Shown piece after piece: positions 50,000 to 59,531 of a stretch of DNA of 64,000 bases. Positions within the stretch are counted from its first letter, which is position 1. Each line of letters starts with the position of its first letter. A program made the position numbers and the translations under genes. The notes beneath the pieces are model-generated. The model saw only the letters and a program-made list of their open reading frames with translations, searched no databases and was not told the origin of the DNA. This stretch comes from Firmicutes bacterium UBA3570 (GTDB lineage Bacteria > Bacillota > Sulfobacillia > UBA3561): NCBI GenBank assembly GCA_002376005.1, contig DFNJ01000035.1, positions 20,062 through 84,061 on the forward strand, read 5' to 3'.

Positions 50000-50556
50000 C
50001 CATCCATCACTCCCTCTCCTGTATTTTCGACTGCGGCTGGCGTCCGTCACCTACGCCAGGGAACCCGGCCGTCCCAACCACGCCCATCAGCTCCAGGGGC
50101 TAAGCTGCACCCCTGGGCGCCCAGCCTGAAACTGCCGACCCTACCCGACGCCAAGATTTGAGCCACGCCGTCAGGAGGCACATGCTCTGCCGCTCAAAAG
50201 TCCCAACAGCACCCCTATGCCCAGCACCCACCATTGCCAATTGGTACCGCGGCCGCCTTGTTCCCGGCCTGGCTCAGGGGCACGGCCTTCCTTCCGTTCC
50301 GGACGAGAGTCTTGCTCGCCCAACCATCTCACCTCCCGCGCCACCCGGAGCCCATCGGCAGTTGCGCGGAAACCACTTCCATGCCGGCGTCGGAGGGAAG
50401 GGAATGCACCCCGCCATTAAAAAAGCAGTCCTGCCAGCATCTTGCGCCATCCCGCCACACTGACATACTCCACCGCCCGGCATCCCGCCTTCGGGCCATC
50501 CAGCGGCGCCCGTGATGGATTCTACACCGCCGTCACCGTTTCCTCCCCCCAAGCCC

Positions 50557-51522
50557 TCACCGGCCCCGCGGACCGTAGCGCACCAGGCAAACCGTCCCGG
50601 CGCGCGACTGCAACCAGTAAAGGCAGCCATCACCGCCTATCACCGGCCTTGGAAGGAATTCCTTCTTCCCCACCGTTACCTCCAAACACTCAGCCTGACC
50701 ATCATTGATGGCTCGTAGTGTCCATCCCCCCTCATGTCGCCAGGCCACCCAGATGTGACCCCTCCGGTCACGCCCCAGCAGGTGCACGCTTCTGACCGGG
50801 GAAGCTAGAAGGAAGCTGGCCAGCGGCATCCCGTCTTCCCGCGCCTGGACGACCCGCGTAAGGCCAGGCCCCGCAGTACCCGCCAGCCACAGCAGGCGGT
50901 CAGCGGCGCACGCCGTCCGGGCAGCCCAGCTTACCGGCAGGTCGGGGGTGCACCTCACCCGCCCCCCCTCATCCATGGTGGCTTCCAGGAGCGGCTGCAG
51001 ACCGCTGGTGGGATTCCACCATCCCACGATCCAGCGCGCGCCAGCGGGTCCGATTTCCCACCATACCGTCAGCAAGCGTTCCCCAGCGGCTTGAAGTGCC
51101 TCCCAGCGGTACAGCCAACCCGACCGGGGCTCAAACACCCGCCCTATCCTCCGCGCCTCCTCGGCTATGCGCCAGATCCATCCCTCCCGGTCGGCCACCA
51201 ACAGGCCCCGCCGGTCACTGGATATCATATCCAGCAACCCTGGTGCTGTTTGAAGCACCACCCGGGGCTCTCCCGGGTGCAGCTGCCACAGCCGTTCGCA
51301 CCGCCCGTCAACCGCCCAAACCCGGTGCTGGCCATCCACCCAGAGAGCGTACGGGCCCTGCGGCGTTCCGGCATCGTCCTCTCTCCAAAAATCGCGCCTG
51401 ATCTCTCGGTCGAGGACCACCACCTCCCTGACCTCCCAAATCCACCAGCTTTGGGCCCAATACCATAGAGCTGGTGCTCCAGCACACACCACCAGCAGCA
51501 CCACCAGAGCCCGCCACCGCAC
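50557..51522 (-). CDS. Hypothetical membrane-anchored Trp-rich protein
   Basis: Internal GTG gives MRWRALVVLLVVCAGAPALWYW, an N-terminal TM anchor. The remainder has repeated W-containing blade-like motifs. No family recognised. The start is uncertain; the track start at 51573 is TTG. Confidence 0.4.
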   Translation of the reverse strand: MRWRALVVLLVVCAGAPALWYWAQSWWIWEVREVVVLDREIRRDFWREDDAGTPQGPYALWVDGQHRVWAVDGRCERLWQLHPGEPRVVLQTAPGLLDMISSDRRGLLVADREGWIWRIAEEARRIGRVFEPRSGWLYRWEALQAAGERLLTVWWEIGPAGARWIVGWWNPTSGLQPLLEATMDEGGRVRCTPDLPVSWAARTACAADRLLWLAGTAGPGLTRVVQAREDGMPLASFLLASPVRSVHLLGRDRRGHIWVAWRHEGGWTLRAINDGQAECLEVTVGKKEFLPRPVIGGDGCLYWLQSRAGTVCLVRYGPRGR

Positions 51523-51576
51523 GGCGACATGAACACCCCCACTCTGGCCAGTATGCGGTGGGAGGTGGCACAATGA

Positions 51577-53100
51577 CTAGGCTAAAGGCCCGAGGGCACT
51601 TTCCACCGCCGCTAGCAGGCTGCTACCAAGCAGACTGGCCGTCTTTTCCACCTCGGGGGCCAGTTCTCGATCAGACTCCAGTGGGGGGATGTGCTGTCGC
51701 AACAGCTGGTAGATCGCGCGGGTACCCCTACCCAGGGCAGAGGGATCCAGAAACTCCACCGCCTGGGCTGCGCACATCCACTCGATGGCCAGAATGCGGG
51801 TCACGTTCCAGACGATTTCTCTCGCCTTGCGGGCGGCCACGGCTCCCATGCTGACGTGATCCTCCTGGTTGGCCGATGCGGGTATGGAATCGACCACCGC
51901 CGGGGAAGCCAGCACTTTGTTCTCCGATGCCAAGGCCGCCGCAGTGTACTGGGCGATCATGAAGCCCGAATTGAGGCCGCCCCGGTCGGTCAAGAAGGCA
52001 GGAAGTCGGCTCAGATGCGGGTTCACCAGCCGCTCAATACGTCTTTCGCTGATGCTTCCAAGCTCTGCCGTGGCCATGCCCAAGTAGTCCGCGGCCAGTG
52101 CTACCGGTTCCCCGTGGAAATTGCCGCCCGAGAGAATCACGCCTTCGTCGGGAAAGACGAGAGGATTATCGGTGGCCGCGTTGAGCTCCCGCTGTAAGAT
52201 TTCTCCCACGTGCTTGAGGGCATCGCGTACCGCGCCATGTACCTGTGGGATGCAACGGAGGGCGTAGGCATCCTGGACCTTCTGGTCGCCAGCCTTGGCA
52301 ACCAGCCTGCTACCCTGCAGAAGCTGCCTGAGGTTACTGGCTACTGCCTGAGCTCCCGGATGTGGACGTACCTCGTGTAGCAGTCGATGGTAGGCCTCGG
52401 GAATCACCCTCAAAGCCTCGCCCGTCAGGGCCGCCACGCAGTCGCTACAACGAGCCAGCACCTCAGCGTCGTGGTAAGCCAGCGCCGTGATAGCGGTCAT
52501 GACCTGTGTCCCATTAATGAGCGCCAAGCCTTCCTTGGCGGCCAGCTGGAGGGGCCTCAAGCCGCGCCGGCGCAAGGCTTCCGCCCCGGTCACCAACTCC
52601 CCGTCGCACACCGCCTCTCCGCGGCCCACCAGCACCAGCGCCAGGTGGGCGAGAGGGGCTAGGTCACCGCTGGCCCCCAGGGATCCCTTGGCTGGTATCA
52701 CCGGATGTACGCCGGAGTTGAGCAAATCCAGCAGCCTCAGTACCACCTCTTCCCGAACTCCCGAGTAACCCTTGGCCAGCGCATTGGCTCGGAGCAGCAT
52801 CACCGCCCGGGTTACCTCCTCGGGAAGCGGATCACCTACTCCCACCGCATGACTCTTCAGCAGGTTCATCTGCAGCTCTTCCGCCTGTTCCGCGGAGATG
52901 GTGACCTCGGCGAACTTGCCAAACCCGGTGGTGACACCATAGACCACCTTGCGGTCCCTCACCAGCCGCTCCACCAGGTCCCTGGCGCGCCGCACACGAA
53001 GGAGGGCCTCAGGGGACAATACCACCTGTGCCTTCTCCCTCGCAACTCTTACCACATCCCTCACCGTCAGGCTGGTGCCATCTATGACCACATCGCTCAC
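51577..53100 (-). CDS. hutH: Histidine ammonia-lyase
   Basis: GSLGASGDLAPLAH, the Ala-Ser-Gly MIO-forming motif. 508 aa. GTG at 53100 is 7 nt after GGAGGG. Confidence 0.85.
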   Translation of the reverse strand: MSDVVIDGTSLTVRDVVRVAREKAQVVLSPEALLRVRRARDLVERLVRDRKVVYGVTTGFGKFAEVTISAEQAEELQMNLLKSHAVGVGDPLPEEVTRAVMLLRANALAKGYSGVREEVVLRLLDLLNSGVHPVIPAKGSLGASGDLAPLAHLALVLVGRGEAVCDGELVTGAEALRRRGLRPLQLAAKEGLALINGTQVMTAITALAYHDAEVLARCSDCVAALTGEALRVIPEAYHRLLHEVRPHPGAQAVASNLRQLLQGSRLVAKAGDQKVQDAYALRCIPQVHGAVRDALKHVGEILQRELNAATDNPLVFPDEGVILSGGNFHGEPVALAADYLGMATAELGSISERRIERLVNPHLSRLPAFLTDRGGLNSGFMIAQYTAAALASENKVLASPAVVDSIPASANQEDHVSMGAVAARKAREIVWNVTRILAIEWMCAAQAVEFLDPSALGRGTRAIYQLLRQHIPPLESDRELAPEVEKTASLLGSSLLAAVESALGPLA

Positions 53101-53170
53101 CCGCAATCCCTCCGGGTGGTTGATTCATTCCGGTTCCTTCATGCTCCTGCCGCACGCTGTACACCCCACC

Positions 53171-53196
53171 AAAGATTCATGGCCCGGCCGCTGGGC
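53171..53196 (-). terminator. GC hairpin downstream of hsp20 (possible terminator)
   Basis: Perfect 11-bp stem GGCCCGGCCGC-CCA-GCGGCCGGGCC, 24 nt after the hsp20 stop. The trailing U-tract is weak (AUGAAUCUUUGG). Confidence 0.35.
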
Positions 53197-53219
53197 GGCC
53201 GGGCCGTGAGCCCCATGGG

Positions 53220-53657
53220 TCACTCGATGGCGATCCTCCTGCCTTTGACCCGCGCCTGCGGTGCCTTCGGAATGGTAATTGTCAGTACTCCATCCACGAA
53301 GGTGGCTTTGGCCTTCTCGGCCTGCACTTCCACTGGCAGAGTTATGGTCCGCTCGAAGCGGCCGCGCTGCCGCTCCCGCCGGTAGTACCCCTCGCCGGAC
53401 ACTTCGCGCTCGCGCCGCATGCTCCCCGATATGGTCAGCCTATTCTCCAAGACGGACAGCTCGATGTCCTCCTTGCGAATGCCGGGCAGGTCGGCTTCCA
53501 CCACCACGCTGTCGTCGGTTTCGTAGACATCCACTGCCGGCATCAGAGCGCGCGTCCTGACGGGAGCAAACAGGGGACGGAAAGTGAAGGGTAGGTCTTC
53601 AAACAGGTCCTCAACCCAGGTGAAAGGATCCCAATCACGCCTTCTCACGATGCTCAT
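53220..53657 (-). CDS. Hsp20/alpha-crystallin family small heat-shock protein
   Basis: 145 aa with an alpha-crystallin domain (ERQRGRFERTITLP...GVLTITIPK). GGAGGTGATCTT ATG. Confidence 0.85.
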   Translation of the reverse strand: MSIVRRRDWDPFTWVEDLFEDLPFTFRPLFAPVRTRALMPAVDVYETDDSVVVEADLPGIRKEDIELSVLENRLTISGSMRREREVSGEGYYRRERQRGRFERTITLPVEVQAEKAKATFVDGVLTITIPKAPQARVKGRRIAIE

Positions 53658-53732
53658 AAGATCACCTCCTGCTCTTACGCCAGAATAGATAGTCCGAACC
53701 GCATCAGGTAGCTATGCCAGCGTTGCAGGTTA

Positions 53733-53761
53733 ATTATAGCACACGAACGAGATAGATGCAA
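53733..53761 (-). promoter_or_regulatory. Consensus sigma-A promoter upstream of hsp20
   Basis: Minus strand reads TTGCAT-17 nt-TATAAT, about 70 nt upstream of the hsp20 start. It lies in an AT-rich patch. Confidence 0.6.
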
Positions 53762-53836
53762 GCACACTGGAAGAACGTTGTTGTGACTCCTGTAGCTATT
53801 GTACCCGAATGGTTGGTCCTTATTCGGTAGCGGAGG

Positions 53837-54631
53837 TCAACCGCCCGTACTCCGAAGCTCCTCTTCCCCGGTGCAACTGACCACGGGGCGCCTGGCCACC
53901 ATGCATACTCGGGGAGTATGGATCGAGGCGGCCCGGAAGGTGAAAGCTTCGTAGGCAGCCAGAGGTCTCAGACCCGCTGCTTGGAGGTATCGCTGCAGCT
54001 GGTGCACCGAGTATCCGCGCTCCCGGTGGACCTCGCAAAAGCGTACATACACGTCGCCCTCCTTGAGAAATCCGGTGAGAAGCACCTCCCACAGGCAGCC
54101 TTCCACATCCACGGAGTCTTCCCAAAACAGCACCACATCCGGGCTGTCCTCTACCACGATGCGTCCCTCCTGGACGCGCCGAATCATCTCCGGGGTGTTG
54201 ACATCGAAGACAAAGATGCCACCAGGTCGTAGCGCGTCCCGCACCCTGGCGAAAGTCGACCGAACCTGCTCTGGCTGCAGCAGGTAGTTCAAACTATCGT
54301 ACAGGCAGGTGACGAGGTCCACGGGCGCCGGCACCTGGAAGGTGGTCATATCCGCCTCCAGAAACCTCACCCGCAGTCCCCGGGAGGCAGCCTTGGTCCG
54401 TGCCCGCTCCAACATGTGGGGAGACCTGTCTATACCCAGTACCTCCAGGCCTTTCTCCGCCCACGGCAGGGTAGTGTTGCCAGTTCCGCACGCCAGATCC
54501 AGAATGCGGTGGGCAGTCACTCCGAAGCGCTGGAGGATCTGCTCCACGTACCGGATCCACCCGGGATAATCCGTCCCTGCCATCACCCGGTCGTAGATCT
54601 TCGCGAAAACGCTGTAAGGTTCGTCGCTCAC
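53837..54631 (-). CDS. Class I SAM-dependent methyltransferase
   Basis: ILDLACGTGNTT motif I and an acidic motif II. 264 aa. Confidence 0.75.
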   Translation of the reverse strand: MSDEPYSVFAKIYDRVMAGTDYPGWIRYVEQILQRFGVTAHRILDLACGTGNTTLPWAEKGLEVLGIDRSPHMLERARTKAASRGLRVRFLEADMTTFQVPAPVDLVTCLYDSLNYLLQPEQVRSTFARVRDALRPGGIFVFDVNTPEMIRRVQEGRIVVEDSPDVVLFWEDSVDVEGCLWEVLLTGFLKEGDVYVRFCEVHRERGYSVHQLQRYLQAAGLRPLAAYEAFTFRAASIHTPRVCMVARRPVVSCTGEEELRSTGG

Positions 54632-54806
54632 GCTCTCGCCCTCCCCACGCAGCTACCATACCACGGCTGGGCATCCTGCAACCACCCCCTGATCATGGCC
54701 GGGGGCCCTTTTCACCCAGGAGCAGGACTCTTGACCGCTGGTGCCCAAAATTTGTTGGTGACCTGGGTACGCTAGCGACAACAACTGCGCGGGCTGGTGA
54801 GAGGAA

Positions 54807-55970
54807 ATGCTCAACGAGAGAGTGTCAGTGGTGATTTTCGAGGGCGGGGTAATCCGGGACAGTCTGGATGAGGTCATGGCTCACGTGCGCAAGGCAGTGG
54901 TGCTTGACAACGCCGAACTAATCCGCGACACCGAGGGTGTGGATGAAGTATTGATATGCACGAACTATCCGGATCTGGCCAAGGCGGCCGAGGATCTGGG
55001 ATGTATCGCTGATCTGAATCACTACGGCGAGGACTTTCATTTCGGTCGTTATCTGCAGGACGTGGTGAGGAGACACCAACTGGAAAACGTGCTTTACATG
55101 AGTGGCGCGGGAGCGCCTCTCATAACCCGAGAGGACATCCAGGCCATCGCCGAACAGCTGCGTTGCCTGAAGAATGTGGTGATTGTCAACAACGTTCAGT
55201 CCATCGACTTCGCCGCCTTCACCCCCGCGCGAGCAATTCACATGATTGAGCCGCCAGCCACCGATAACGTGCTGGGACGGTGCCTCCGCGAGCTGGGGCT
55301 GCGCCGCATCCTGGTGGAAAACTCGGCGCGAGTGAATTTCGACCTGGACACGCCCACCGACATCCTCATCCTCTCACTCCACCGGGGCGTCGGCCGCCGC
55401 ACTGCCGAGGCCCTCGGTGACTTGGACTGGGACAAGAAGCACCTGCTGGATGCTCGGCACCAGCTCCTGGTATGCGACCAGCAGCTGGTGGAGCTGGCCC
55501 TCATTGGGCGGGTCGCCCCCTCGGTCATGCTGTTCCTCAATGCCAACTTCCCGCTGCGCCTCCGGGTTTTCTCCGAGGAACGAGGCATGCGGGCGCTGAA
55601 CCGGGCGGAAAAGGGAGAGGTGGTGTCGCTGGTCAGCACCATGATCGACTGGATGGGACCGAAGGCTTTCTTCGAGAAGCTCTCTTCCTTAGCCTCGGTG
55701 GTATTCATGGATACGAGGGTGACCTTTGCCCACTGGAAGAAGAAGCTGTCGGACTGGGACAGATTCCACTCGGACCTTGGCCAGGTGAGCAAGATTCAAG
55801 ATGAGCAGCTGCGGGAGTTCACCGAAGCCGCGTTCAGCTGCGGGATTCCTGTGGTGCTGGGCGGGCATTCGCTGGTGTCCGGAGGCATATGGCTATTGGC
55901 CGAGGATGTATTGAAGGACAAAGGTCTGCATCCCAGGCCGGTGCAAACCTTCGGACCAGCACAGCGGTAA
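54807..55970 (+). CDS. Hypothetical protein (387 aa)
   Basis: Long ORF with an alpha/beta composition and no recognised motifs. It is the only plus-strand gene between about 15 kb and 64 kb. Confidence 0.45.
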   Translation: MLNERVSVVIFEGGVIRDSLDEVMAHVRKAVVLDNAELIRDTEGVDEVLICTNYPDLAKAAEDLGCIADLNHYGEDFHFGRYLQDVVRRHQLENVLYMSGAGAPLITREDIQAIAEQLRCLKNVVIVNNVQSIDFAAFTPARAIHMIEPPATDNVLGRCLRELGLRRILVENSARVNFDLDTPTDILILSLHRGVGRRTAEALGDLDWDKKHLLDARHQLLVCDQQLVELALIGRVAPSVMLFLNANFPLRLRVFSEERGMRALNRAEKGEVVSLVSTMIDWMGPKAFFEKLSSLASVVFMDTRVTFAHWKKKLSDWDRFHSDLGQVSKIQDEQLREFTEAAFSCGIPVVLGGHSLVSGGIWLLAEDVLKDKGLHPRPVQTFGPAQR

Positions 55971-55972
55971 CC

Positions 55973-57778
55973 TCAACTGGCCTTCTCCGCAATCCCGGTC
56001 AGCAACTGTTCCAGCTCCTGGGCTTCCAGGGTCTCCTTCTCGATCAGCGCATTGGCTATTCTCTCGAGACTGTCTCGGTGCTTCTCCAGGTACTCCTTTG
56101 CCCTCTCGTAACAGCGGGTGACCAGCGTCCGGACTTCTTTGTCGATGGCCGCCGCCACTTCTTCGCTGTAGTTACGATCACGCGCGATGTCCCTGCCCAG
56201 AAACACCAAATCCTCCTTCGTACCAAAGGTCAGCGGTCCCAGCTGGTCGGACATCCCGAACTCGGTTATCATCCGCCTCACCATCTTCGTGGCCTTTTCC
56301 AGATCATCGGAGGCCCCGGTGGAAATCTCGTTGAAGATTAGCTGTTCTGCCGCCCTTCCCGCCAAGGCCACGGTAACGCGATCGAGGATCTCGGACTTGG
56401 TGACCAAGTAGCGATCCTCGATGGGTAGCTGCAAGACGTAACCCAGGGCTCCACCGCGAGGAATGATGGAGACCTTGTGCACGGGGTCCGTATTGGGCAG
56501 CAGCTTGGCCACCAGCGCGTGCGCCGCTTCGTGGAACGCTATGATCCGCTTCTCTCTGTCGCTGATCAGCCGGGACTTCTTCTCGGGTCCCGCTATGACC
56601 CGATCGATGGCTTCCTCCATCTCCTGCATGGTGATCTTCCGCTTCCGGCGACGGGCAGCGAGGAGCGCGGCCTCATTCACCACATTTTCTATGTCGGCAC
56701 CGGTGAAGCCAGGAGTGCGTTTGGCCAGCACCTCCAAGTCCACACTCTGGTCCAGCGGTTTGCCGCGCACGTGAATCTTGAAGATCTCCAAACGACCGCG
56801 AAGATCCGGCTTGTCTATCACGATCTGCCGATCGAAACGCCCAGGTCTTAGCAGCGCGGGGTCCAGTACGTCAGGCCGATTGGTGGCTGCTATCACGATG
56901 ATACCCTCGTTGATGCTGAAGCCGTCCATCTCCACCAGCAGCTGGTTCAGGGTCTGCTCCCGCTCGTCATGGCCACCGCCATAACCAGCTCCCCGCTGAC
57001 GGCCCACTGCGTCAATCTCATCCACGAAAACAATGGCGGGAGCGTGCTTCTTTGCCTGCTCGAAGAGGTCGCGGACTCGGGCAGCGCCCACTCCCACGAA
57101 CATCTCCACGAAGTCAGAACCGCTGATGGAGAAAAAGGGCACGCCCGCCTCCCCCGCCACCGCTCGGGCCACCAGGGTCTTCCCGGTTCCCGGAGCCCCA
57201 AAGAGAAGGACGCCCTTGGGTATGCGGGCTCCCATCTCCAGGTATCGTTTGGGGTGTCGCAGGAAATCCACTATCTCCTGCAGTTCCTCCTGCACTTCAT
57301 CGATCCCGGCAACGTCGGCGAAGGTGACGCGTTTCTTGTCGGGCGTGTACATCCTGGCCCGCGACTTCCCGAATTGCATGACCCGGCTGCCGCCTCCCTG
57401 CGTCTGCTGCATTATGAAGAAGAAGGCGCCCACCAGCAGAATGACGGGAAAGATGCTGGTCAGCAGCTGAGTCCACCACGGGGGCTCCGGCGGAAGATCA
57501 AAGGTAATGTGTACGCCTTTCTCTCGCATCAACCGGTACAGTTCAGGGTCTTCGGGGATGACGGTGCGAAATCCAGTACCATCCTTCAGCTTGCCCGAGA
57601 CATCCTTCTCCACGATGGTGACCTGCTCCACGCGGCCCTGCTGGAGCCAGGCCAGGAACTGAGTGTAACTAATTCGCTCGTCAGGAGTGCTGTGGGTGGA
57701 CAGATAATTGGCGACAGCAACGGATAGAAACAACAGCAATAAATAAAAGCCAAGGCTCCGGAATATCCTAGTGTTCAC
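55973..57778 (-). CDS. ftsH: ATP-dependent zinc metalloprotease FtsH
   Basis: AAA+ module with Walker A GPPGTGKT, the second region of homology, and HEAAH zinc site. GTG at 57778 gives (M)[15 protein letters not shown], a canonical FtsH start. Confidence 0.9.
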   Translation of the reverse strand: MNTRIFRSLGFYLLLLFLSVAVANYLSTHSTPDERISYTQFLAWLQQGRVEQVTIVEKDVSGKLKDGTGFRTVIPEDPELYRLMREKGVHITFDLPPEPPWWTQLLTSIFPVILLVGAFFFIMQQTQGGGSRVMQFGKSRARMYTPDKKRVTFADVAGIDEVQEELQEIVDFLRHPKRYLEMGARIPKGVLLFGAPGTGKTLVARAVAGEAGVPFFSISGSDFVEMFVGVGAARVRDLFEQAKKHAPAIVFVDEIDAVGRQRGAGYGGGHDEREQTLNQLLVEMDGFSINEGIIVIAATNRPDVLDPALLRPGRFDRQIVIDKPDLRGRLEIFKIHVRGKPLDQSVDLEVLAKRTPGFTGADIENVVNEAALLAARRRKRKITMQEMEEAIDRVIAGPEKKSRLISDREKRIIAFHEAAHALVAKLLPNTDPVHKVSIIPRGGALGYVLQLPIEDRYLVTKSEILDRVTVALAGRAAEQLIFNEISTGASDDLEKATKMVRRMITEFGMSDQLGPLTFGTKEDLVFLGRDIARDRNYSEEVAAAIDKEVRTLVTRCYERAKEYLEKHRDSLERIANALIEKETLEAQELEQLLTGIAEKAS

Positions 57779-57880
57779 CGTCTCCCCCCTTTCCAAAGAC
57801 AAATATAGAGGACCGAGTCCCGCGTACAGTGTAGCACATAAGGGTACAGAGTACAACGCGACGCGGCTCCACCCGAAGGT

Positions 57881-59347
57881 TCAAAGGCAACCCGCTTCGC
57901 AATCGAGGTCCTCTAGGGAACGAGCCGAGAGTCGCAGCACTCTTCTGGTGCTATGGTTTATCTTGTACCGGTCATCCATGCGGTAACCCACAACCCACAC
58001 GATCTGCCCATCTGCTGACTCCACCAGGGGTACCCTATCCCGCAGCCGGCGGGGAACTTTCAGGTCCACCAGGAAGTCCTGAAGTTTCTTGCTTGCTTGC
58101 ATGCCCAAGGGGTGAAAGCGATCCCCGGGCCGGCGAGTCCGACACCGGAGCGGCAAGACCAGCTTTTCGTAGTCAAAATACTCAGTCCACGCATCTTGGG
58201 TGAGATGAACCCTGTGATCGGCGGATAGAATGTCCGCCCGGAATTCCACCCCCAATTCCTCCACCAGCGTCACGCCCGGTACCGACAGCCGCTTGGGTTC
58301 CACTCGTGGCGGGCTCGTACGCCCGTGCGGCTGCCATACCATGACACCATGACCCACCCCAAGTCGTATGCCACCGGGTAAATCGACGTACCGCTCTCCT
58401 CTCTCCGTTTCGAGCAACGCCTCCATGGCAGCGACGTGTCGGTAGCTCAGGGCGTCAGCCGGGCATCCGGCGCGACGGCACGCAGCGAGCAACACGCGAC
58501 GGCGCAAAGCGGTCGGTAGAGCTTTCAGCTGAGCCAGATCCGCATACAAGCTCTCGCCCTGCGCGCGTACCAGGCCCTGGAGGCGAGATCTCGCCATCGC
58601 GTCCAGAAACTCGGCATCCGGACGCAACACCGAGGCCAGACGCGCCAGGACGGTGGATATCCCCGGTTGAAACTCTTGCTCGAGCAAAGGGATCAGCCTG
58701 TGTCGAACCCAGTTCCTGGGTATCCCCGTGTCCCAGTTGGTCTCATCCACCCGCCACCCGACGCCCCGCTCGCGCAGGTACTGGATCACTTGGTGACGGC
58801 GCACTTCGATTAGGGGTCTGATGATCACCCCGCGCGTCTTGGGCGGGATTCCGGCCAGCCCCTGCAAGGAAGCACCCCGCAACAGCCTCAGTAGAACCGT
58901 CTCCGCCTGGTCGTCCGCCGTGTGCCCCAGAGCCACCCGCTGAGCCCCTACCTCTTCCGCCACCCTCGTCAGGAACTGATGACGGGCGCGGCGGGCAGCC
59001 ATCTCCGCCGACATCCCCCACCGGCGCATCAACTCGTGGCCATCCACCTCACCCATGGTACAGGGAACTCCCATGCGGGCGCATAACTCCTCGACGAAGG
59101 TGGCATCAGCGGCTGCTTCCGCCCCCCGGAGCCCGTGGTTCAAGTGAGCGGCGCGTAGAGAGAGAGCCCACTCGTCCCGCAGTTCGTGCAGGATAGTCAG
59201 AAGCGCCACGGAATCCGGCCCGCCCGAGACCCCTACCAATACCGTATCCCCAGGCCTGATCATGTCGTATCGGTGGATAGTATCCCGCACGAGATCTTCA
59301 AGCACCCTGCCTACCCCCAGGCGTCGAACTGCCCGGGACCTGTCCAC
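57881..59347 (-). CDS. tilS: tRNA(Ile)-lysidine synthase
   Basis: PP-loop VGVSGGPDS N-terminus, 488 aa. Positioned upstream of ftsH as in Bacillus and Clostridium. Confidence 0.85.
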   Translation of the reverse strand: MDRSRAVRRLGVGRVLEDLVRDTIHRYDMIRPGDTVLVGVSGGPDSVALLTILHELRDEWALSLRAAHLNHGLRGAEAAADATFVEELCARMGVPCTMGEVDGHELMRRWGMSAEMAARRARHQFLTRVAEEVGAQRVALGHTADDQAETVLLRLLRGASLQGLAGIPPKTRGVIIRPLIEVRRHQVIQYLRERGVGWRVDETNWDTGIPRNWVRHRLIPLLEQEFQPGISTVLARLASVLRPDAEFLDAMARSRLQGLVRAQGESLYADLAQLKALPTALRRRVLLAACRRAGCPADALSYRHVAAMEALLETERGERYVDLPGGIRLGVGHGVMVWQPHGRTSPPRVEPKRLSVPGVTLVEELGVEFRADILSADHRVHLTQDAWTEYFDYEKLVLPLRCRTRRPGDRFHPLGMQASKKLQDFLVDLKVPRRLRDRVPLVESADGQIVWVVGYRMDDRYKINHSTRRVLRLSARSLEDLDCEAGCL

Positions 59348-59531
59348 CAGGTGGGCCCTTCCGGTTACGACGGCATGCCGTCCCTTCCCCAGGCGTCACT
59401 CCATTCTGTACCACGGAGTGTCACGTTGTCAACACGGGGGGCTGAGGATAAACCCACAAATTTCAAAAAAGGGGTGTGGCGGATGCCACACCACAGCAGG
59501 GGTTGGGAGAGGCTGAAGCGTACCAGCTCCG

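Noticed and set aside
50000-50300. ZTP (pfl) riboswitch upstream of fhs
   Set aside because: Searched by eye for the conserved ACCGGGG and CCGCCUGGGC pseudoknot elements on the minus strand. Neither was found; only generic GC hairpins are present.
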